A model generated the notes under the pieces. The model made no database searches. It saw only the letters and a program-made list of their open reading frames with translations, and was not told the origin of the DNA. From a phage: 64,000 nt of DNA. Location of the stretch: the NCBI GenBank assembly GCA_012401045.1, contig GCA_012401045.1_4704.1, one strand, 5' to 3'. Positions 58,269 through 64,000 of the stretch are shown piece by piece. The position numbers and the translations under genes are program-made. The stretch's first letter is position 1. The number at the start of each line of letters is the position of its first letter.

Positions 58269-60008
58269 TTATGCGACTTTACTAATAACGACTGCTGTGA
58301 TACCGAGATGTAGGTCGACGCCATTCTGTACTTTAATCCAGCGGATATACAGGTTAGCGTTATCCTGTCCCGTACCACCTGGGACGTTATTGTTCCTATT
58401 CCATTGCGAGATTTCGAAACGTTTCTGCACGTTAGGACCAACCATGATTTCAAAGTGGGTCGGTTCTGGTGCTTTCGATTCCGTTTTCTCAAGATAGAGC
58501 GGATGTGTCGCGTAGTAAAGTTGGTTCAACCATTCACCCAGATCTGAGTGTTTGTTCGTCAAGTCAACATACGCGTTACCAGCAACATCGTAAGTAAACA
58601 ACGCTTTCGTGTTACGACCGTACACATCCGTTGTCGTCGGCGTTGTTTGCGAGCTGAACGTTACTGTCCAGTAATCACCGGATGTTGCCGAACCTGCTTG
58701 CAATAGCGTCATTCGAATAGTCTGCGTATGACGTACGCGTTTGTAAACGGTAGGATCGACTTCATCTAACCAGATGTTGTACGCAAATTCCTGAGGTTGT
58801 CCGTATTTCTTCGGATTAAACTCAGGGCTGTTCAGTGCCAATTGTACTTTATCGGTTACGTTGTAGTAACGTTCACGGTCGACGTTGTACAACCAGAACA
58901 CCAGCTCGTATCCCACAGCATCAGATACCCATTGCGGATAGCAGAACAGTTTAACACTGTAAGCCCCTTTCGCTTCTTTAGAAACGACGGTATAAGGCAC
59001 ACTGATGTGTTTCACCGCTCCTGGTAACGCGTAGGATGTGTCCTCATCGTCGTCCAGGTAGTAGTGTAACGCCAGCGGATGTTTGCTGTTGATGACCTGG
59101 GACGTGAAGACGTTAAGGCCGTCCAACACAACCTTGTTACCAGTAACCGGCCAATGTTTAATGGAACCATCACTGTAAGTGACTTCAGCCTGAAGGTCGA
59201 CGGAATCCAGGTTGACGTTGATCGGTAACTCAAGCAGTTTGGTATCGCTGCTGCTCAGCCACGTTGATTTCAGTCGTACCCCGTCTTCCAGAATATATTT
59301 AATACCCTGGTCTGGGGTGCGTACATAGTCAGTGATACGAACGATCATGCGTTTCATGGATAGCGGCTGCGGACCGTCACCATAACCTACTACCATCACC
59401 TGCTCAAAATCTTCGACAGGCTTAATGCAGTAACCTTCACGAGGTGCCCAGATAGCTTTATTCGTTCCGTCTTTGTAAGCGATAAGCTGACACGGAATGA
59501 AATCGCTGATCTTATTCCCGCTGTTGTCATACATCGCACTGATGATTTCGCCTTTGGCGCTGATATCAGAACCGCGGAACACTGCGATACGTCGAATATC
59601 CGAGCCATGCAGATGGAAACGACGATCGATGTTCATTGTAGCAGGGATCGTGTTCGTATTAATCAATACACGCCATGTATCGTACGACCACGTCGGGTCA
59701 ATACCTTCAAAGGTTGTCGTCCCATCGCCCTGACCATCGAACGGAGCAGACAGCTGACCGATAAGTTTAAGGGTACTTAGTTTTGTGCGATCGTCTACGG
59801 CGATAACACGGTACACCGCATTCGTATCCCAGTCTTCAACTTTATCGTCCACGTTGGGGACGTAAAGTTTCCAGTCTTCTTCAACGCCATTATAGATCTC
59901 TTTATACGCATAGGTGGTATAGCGTCTGTCGAGATCCTGAATAGCGAGTTTATCCGGATGCTGTTGTGCATAAAGCACCGGATTGGTAATCTCTCTTCCC
60001 ATTATCAC
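58269..60008 (-). CDS. hypothetical protein (579 aa), possibly virion-associated
   Basis: ORF track; location upstream of terminase. Confidence 0.5.
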   Translation of the reverse strand: MIMGREITNPVLYAQQHPDKLAIQDLDRRYTTYAYKEIYNGVEEDWKLYVPNVDDKVEDWDTNAVYRVIAVDDRTKLSTLKLIGQLSAPFDGQGDGTTTFEGIDPTWSYDTWRVLINTNTIPATMNIDRRFHLHGSDIRRIAVFRGSDISAKGEIISAMYDNSGNKISDFIPCQLIAYKDGTNKAIWAPREGYCIKPVEDFEQVMVVGYGDGPQPLSMKRMIVRITDYVRTPDQGIKYILEDGVRLKSTWLSSSDTKLLELPINVNLDSVDLQAEVTYSDGSIKHWPVTGNKVVLDGLNVFTSQVINSKHPLALHYYLDDDEDTSYALPGAVKHISVPYTVVSKEAKGAYSVKLFCYPQWVSDAVGYELVFWLYNVDRERYYNVTDKVQLALNSPEFNPKKYGQPQEFAYNIWLDEVDPTVYKRVRHTQTIRMTLLQAGSATSGDYWTVTFSSQTTPTTTDVYGRNTKALFTYDVAGNAYVDLTNKHSDLGEWLNQLYYATHPLYLEKTESKAPEPTHFEIMVGPNVQKRFEISQWNRNNNVPGGTGQDNANLYIRWIKVQNGVDLHLGITAVVISKVA

Positions 60009-62599
60009 TCACCTTTGATTGTGTAAAACTTCGTGAAGTCCACGCGATCTTTCAAGAACTCACGACTGACGCGTTCTAAGAACCGCAGTTGTTTAACCGT
60101 AACTTCAAGCGGCGTCCAACTGTCGTGTGGATGAATAGAGACCATCCGCCAATCGTAATTACGTAACGCAGGATCGTAGTCATAGAACCATTTATACGGC
60201 TCCATGAAATCCATCAACTTAACGTCCTGCATATCAGGATCGGGATCGATAACACCGTTGATAAGATCGTACGTTACCGCCATCAGCGTTGGACTGATCA
60301 GCTGATATTTGTTTTCGATTGTGACCGGCGTATCGTACTTCACGCGAGGGAAATACAACGACATATAGTCTTCAACGCGTTTGTCGGTTTCAAGACTCTT
60401 ATCGCGTAGGTAATACGTGTCTGTATTAACCAGACCACGGATGGGGGCAATAACACGGTAGATCGCATAAGGCACCCCATCGTTGACTTTGATGTCGGCA
60501 GGGTATTGCGTGTCCTCTGCGGTAACCACTTCGCTACGATCGTAAATACGTCCACCAACCACAATACGAACAACATGGTCGTCACGAACATTAAACACGT
60601 CGTCGTAAGAAAGCTGATTATGCATCGTCCAACCGGTATCGTAAACGGTTTCACCGGTTAAGTCCGTACGTGGAAAACCAGTACATCTCACGGTAACCGT
60701 GTGCGTGTTCCCTTCACTGAAATACCGTTTCGCGTTGATCATGATCGTTGGCCATTTTACGATATAATCGATATCGCGTACCAAGCTGTAGCTTTTGGTT
60801 GCTCGCTCGTCACCTAACCATACTTCGATTTGACCAGGTTCGAAAGGCAGCGGATATTCAACATCAATACCCGTCGTAACATCCAACCATACGGTGTGGT
60901 TACGATGTTGTATTGTGGTCTTATACGCTAAGAAGTAGGTGTCGAACAATACTAAACCGGTTTGCTTTCTTCCATCCAACGACCATTTTATTACCCCGTT
61001 CTCTTCCGTTACCACAGAAGCATCGTCGGTAACATCCTTCCATGTGTTCGCGACAGGTTGTCCGTTACGAAGATTTACGCTATAACAGCGGTAACTCGCC
61101 CATTCACGGATTGGGACGTCGGCAACACCCATCACGTAATCAAGCGTTCTCCCACCAACACCCGATCGACCCTCAACATAGGACGTGGTTTCATATTGCG
61201 GATAAAAATGTCGGCCTGCCGGATGTTGCGTGATACCCAATAATAGACCGTCACTGTCGTACTCAAAGAACGTCGCATTTGCACGTAAACCCCATGGTAC
61301 TTCAGCGGTAGGGGTACCCATATCGTCAGTAACGCGTTGTGGACTATCTGCAACCAGTTTTGCCATCGCGTTATACCCGTAAGCGGAGGTCACCATGTCG
61401 ATCGTGATATTGCTTTCCTTATTACGCATGATGCGTGTATAATCACTGGCTTCAAGCGTGCGTGCAAAGAACTCGGGTATATTAGCGTTCTGTTCTAACA
61501 TCGCACCGACGATGATGTCGTCTGGAAGTTTATACAATTCGTGGATGCGGTTATGTTCAAAGGTTAACTGCGTTTTCAAACCGCTATCACGGACAACCAC
61601 TTCCAGGGTTAAATCACGAAGCGATTCTGCTCCATCAACCCGTTCAACGAAGTAGCTGACATAATCAACAGGAATCCCGTAATCACGATGTGTGAGCATG
61701 CGGATACTATTTTCCTGGTTGGTGTGGTAATAACGTCCTTTTCCGTTAGGCCCTTTCACGTAGATATCAACGTCATCACGATACCGGATTTTAGTATCCG
61801 CTTCATCTTTCGGCGGATGAATAAGATACTTCACTTTTTTGTCCAGATCGCTGTTGTACGTTTTAAGATCTTCTACACGGAAGCTGTACCGATGAACAAC
61901 GGTACCATCATAGACGACCTGAATGCTATCACCGATCTTAAAACTTGACGGTGGAATGTCTTCAACCGCTTCACCATTGATACTGCAGTGCGTCCAGCCG
62001 ATACCGGTTTCCTGAATCTTTTTACGCCAGGCGTATAGCTGACGCTGCCACTGTAGAACCTGTGTCGAGCTGGTTACAATCCCCCCAAGGACATGCACTT
62101 CACGCCCCGTCGGTTTCGTGTATGACGGATAGCCTTCTGCGAAGTCGGCGTTGAGATAGGTGCGCCAGTAATAATCACCAACGCCAAGGTCAGCGATATT
62201 CGGTTGGTCGAGCACACAGACCAGCATCGTTTCGTTTTCCAGATTACCCGTCCACGTTAATGTCAACGGGAATTCTTTACCGTCCTCGGTATAGATATTG
62301 TAATACGATCCCTTCACCTCACAGAACTTGCTGAGTTCTCGCCACCACAACCGACCCGCCCCGACATTAAAATCCTCCCCCATATGTCGTCCAATAACAA
62401 ACACATGGAACGTATTGGTATCATCAGGAAGATTGAATGTACGATGCCAAGCCGTAAAGTTTTTTACTGCGCCGGTCTTTCCGGTAATACGACGCATCTT
62501 GATACGATGCTGGTTGTCCATTAATGGACGGCAGTTCACATTCAGCGCAGCATGATTTATCAAGTATTGCGCTGTAGGATTAGAAGCGTTCAACACCAC
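60005..62599 (-). CDS. large hypothetical protein (864 aa), possibly virion-associated
   Basis: ORF track; 4-nt overlap with downstream gene. Confidence 0.5.
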   Translation of the reverse strand: MVLNASNPTAQYLINHAALNVNCRPLMDNQHRIKMRRITGKTGAVKNFTAWHRTFNLPDDTNTFHVFVIGRHMGEDFNVGAGRLWWRELSKFCEVKGSYYNIYTEDGKEFPLTLTWTGNLENETMLVCVLDQPNIADLGVGDYYWRTYLNADFAEGYPSYTKPTGREVHVLGGIVTSSTQVLQWQRQLYAWRKKIQETGIGWTHCSINGEAVEDIPPSSFKIGDSIQVVYDGTVVHRYSFRVEDLKTYNSDLDKKVKYLIHPPKDEADTKIRYRDDVDIYVKGPNGKGRYYHTNQENSIRMLTHRDYGIPVDYVSYFVERVDGAESLRDLTLEVVVRDSGLKTQLTFEHNRIHELYKLPDDIIVGAMLEQNANIPEFFARTLEASDYTRIMRNKESNITIDMVTSAYGYNAMAKLVADSPQRVTDDMGTPTAEVPWGLRANATFFEYDSDGLLLGITQHPAGRHFYPQYETTSYVEGRSGVGGRTLDYVMGVADVPIREWASYRCYSVNLRNGQPVANTWKDVTDDASVVTEENGVIKWSLDGRKQTGLVLFDTYFLAYKTTIQHRNHTVWLDVTTGIDVEYPLPFEPGQIEVWLGDERATKSYSLVRDIDYIVKWPTIMINAKRYFSEGNTHTVTVRCTGFPRTDLTGETVYDTGWTMHNQLSYDDVFNVRDDHVVRIVVGGRIYDRSEVVTAEDTQYPADIKVNDGVPYAIYRVIAPIRGLVNTDTYYLRDKSLETDKRVEDYMSLYFPRVKYDTPVTIENKYQLISPTLMAVTYDLINGVIDPDPDMQDVKLMDFMEPYKWFYDYDPALRNYDWRMVSIHPHDSWTPLEVTVKQLRFLERVSREFLKDRVDFTKFYTIKGE

Positions 62600-63527
62600 G
62601 GCATGCCTCCAGGAGGTATTTCATGTTGGCTTGGAAATCATTGACGTCACGCGCCATACGACGCTGATCCGCCATGAGACGAGCCAACACGGTATCACGG
62701 TAACCACGATCGTGGTCAGCAGCAGAGCATAAAAGAATAAATGTTGGTGGATGCTCTAAAGCAATCCCAGCAACTTCTTTACTATAACCCCCAACCCAGC
62801 TGTAAGCGGTGATTTCAAACAACAACGCTTGGGTTAACGTGTTCAAACGGGGACTAATATTACTTTCTTTTAATGCTGTTACGAAAGCTGCCATGTTAGG
62901 GATATAACCCAGGTTTTCGGTTACGATACCGATGCTCGCAAAATCGTAACGAAGCGTTGTCTGGATGGTGCGCACCATAGTTAGTCTTTCATTATTTGTA
63001 AGGCTATCTTTAAACAGGCAAAGATAATACCATGCTGTTATGATGGCAACATCACGACGTTGTTGAAGGTCCAGCCCTAAACGTTGTGTGATTTGTCCGC
63101 TAATCCAATCACAAAAGACACGCATCGGGATAGGGCCAAGACGTTCAAAAGGACGTGTGCCCAAGGATTCCCATCCTACCTGAAGATACGCACGTGATTG
63201 AAGAAAGTTATATTCACGTTCGTTAACAACGGTAGTACGCGATCCTGGGCGTGAAGTATCTGTTGGGGTGCGCGCGTAAGCGCGTTGGTCGATAACAACG
63301 CGCTGTCCGTCCATCACTGTTTTAATGACCAACGGATGACCAAAAGAAGGGATATCGTCCAACGTATTTTTGTTGCCGATGACTTCGAGAACGGGAGTGT
63401 TTACGCCACTTTCTTCACCGGGTGCACTTAACAATCCGCCGACGTAAGCAACTTCGATAGCGGTTCGGATACGGTCAATGCCTTTTAGTTTTGTTCCAAC
63501 AGTTGTGTCGTAAGGAGAGATGAACAT
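62580..63527 (-). CDS. hypothetical protein (315 aa)
   Basis: ORF track. Confidence 0.5.
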   Translation of the reverse strand: MFISPYDTTVGTKLKGIDRIRTAIEVAYVGGLLSAPGEESGVNTPVLEVIGNKNTLDDIPSFGHPLVIKTVMDGQRVVIDQRAYARTPTDTSRPGSRTTVVNEREYNFLQSRAYLQVGWESLGTRPFERLGPIPMRVFCDWISGQITQRLGLDLQQRRDVAIITAWYYLCLFKDSLTNNERLTMVRTIQTTLRYDFASIGIVTENLGYIPNMAAFVTALKESNISPRLNTLTQALLFEITAYSWVGGYSKEVAGIALEHPPTFILLCSAADHDRGYRDTVLARLMADQRRMARDVNDFQANMKYLLEACRGVERF

Positions 63528-63670
63528 ATGTAATTCCTTTATTACGGCATATAAGAAAACGGGTTAAGCACACAGATTTACGCATAATTGTAATATTTTA
63601 CGTTATGCCTATGACATTGTGTCACGTGTGCAATTATGTCATACAATTTCCTTAAATTAAGGAGAGTTCC

Positions 63671-64000
63671 ATGAGGCTTAAGAATAGCACGCCTCGCGCG
63701 ATTTTTACGGGCTTTAAAGAGGGTCTTACCACGGATCCGGTTACAGCCCCAGAGATCACGCCCATTCACCTCCCGTATGTTTTCATTCAGGGTGGTCGTG
63801 GTAAAGAGGACACCTTGCTGTTAACAGGGGACGCCCTGTCTACAGTCTACGGTGAAGATATGCTGAACTACCGCAGTAAGTACGCTTCTCCAGCAACACT
63901 GATTGCTCGCCAGGCGGCTTCTACAGGTAGCGCGATCTTCACAAAACGTTTGGTTGCGCCGGATGCAACGGCAGCACGCATCCGTATCGGTGTTGAAGTG
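63671..64000 (+). CDS. hypothetical protein, 3' end truncated by window edge
   Basis: AAGGAGAG 5 nt upstream of ATG 63671 (MRLKNSTPRAIFTGF...); frame open to the window end. Confidence 0.45.
   Translation, partial: MRLKNSTPRAIFTGFKEGLTTDPVTAPEITPIHLPYVFIQGGRGKEDTLLLTGDALSTVYGEDMLNYRSKYASPATLIARQAASTGSAIFTKRLVAPDATAARIRIGVEV

Noticed and set aside
63581-63610. Fifth early-promoter copy (ATATTAC core) upstream of 62580..63527
   Set aside because: Only the 7-nt core matches; the flanking consensus shared by the other four copies is absent.
63528-63670. Sigma-70-type promoter (TTGTGT-N19-TACAAT) in the divergent region before 63671
   Set aside because: Spacing and the -35 match are poor, and nucleus-forming phages are thought to rely on their own polymerases; left uncalled.
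1-64000. CRISPR array or other regularly spaced direct repeats
   Set aside because: The recurring hairpins are inverted repeats at gene boundaries with irregular spacing of 0.4-9 kb and variable sequence.
1-64000. Integrated prophage or transposon borders (integrase, att sites, transposase)
   Set aside because: No integrase, recombinase or transposase motifs seen; gene content matches a lytic jumbo phage.

Overview
This window reads as a segment of a nucleus-forming jumbo phage genome (phiKZ-like), not a bacterial chromosome. It is densely coding, mostly on the minus strand, with about 50% GC. Recognisable genes: a PhuZ-type phage tubulin, a 631-aa candidate chimallin directly upstream of an RNA polymerase beta-prime N-terminal gene, a separate beta-prime C-terminal gene, a possible beta-like subunit, a T4-type large terminase, SNF2 and SF2 helicases, two calcineurin-fold phosphoesterases, a DEDDh exonuclease-domain protein and an HD-domain protein. 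The strongest finding is that the beta-prime N-terminal gene is interrupted inside its catalytic NADFDGD motif by a canonical group I intron, followed by a 13-nt micro-exon and a second group I-like element. Second, the SF2 helicase carries a 229-aa intein inserted in its P-loop. Regulatory signals include four copies of a TATATTAC-containing motif upstream of minus-strand genes and a family of CCCTCCC/GGGAGGG intergenic hairpins, many followed by TTTATG. No tRNA, rRNA, CRISPR array or transposase was detected. All calls rest on reading the sequence and motif recall; no database search was run. Most remaining ORFs are hypothetical.
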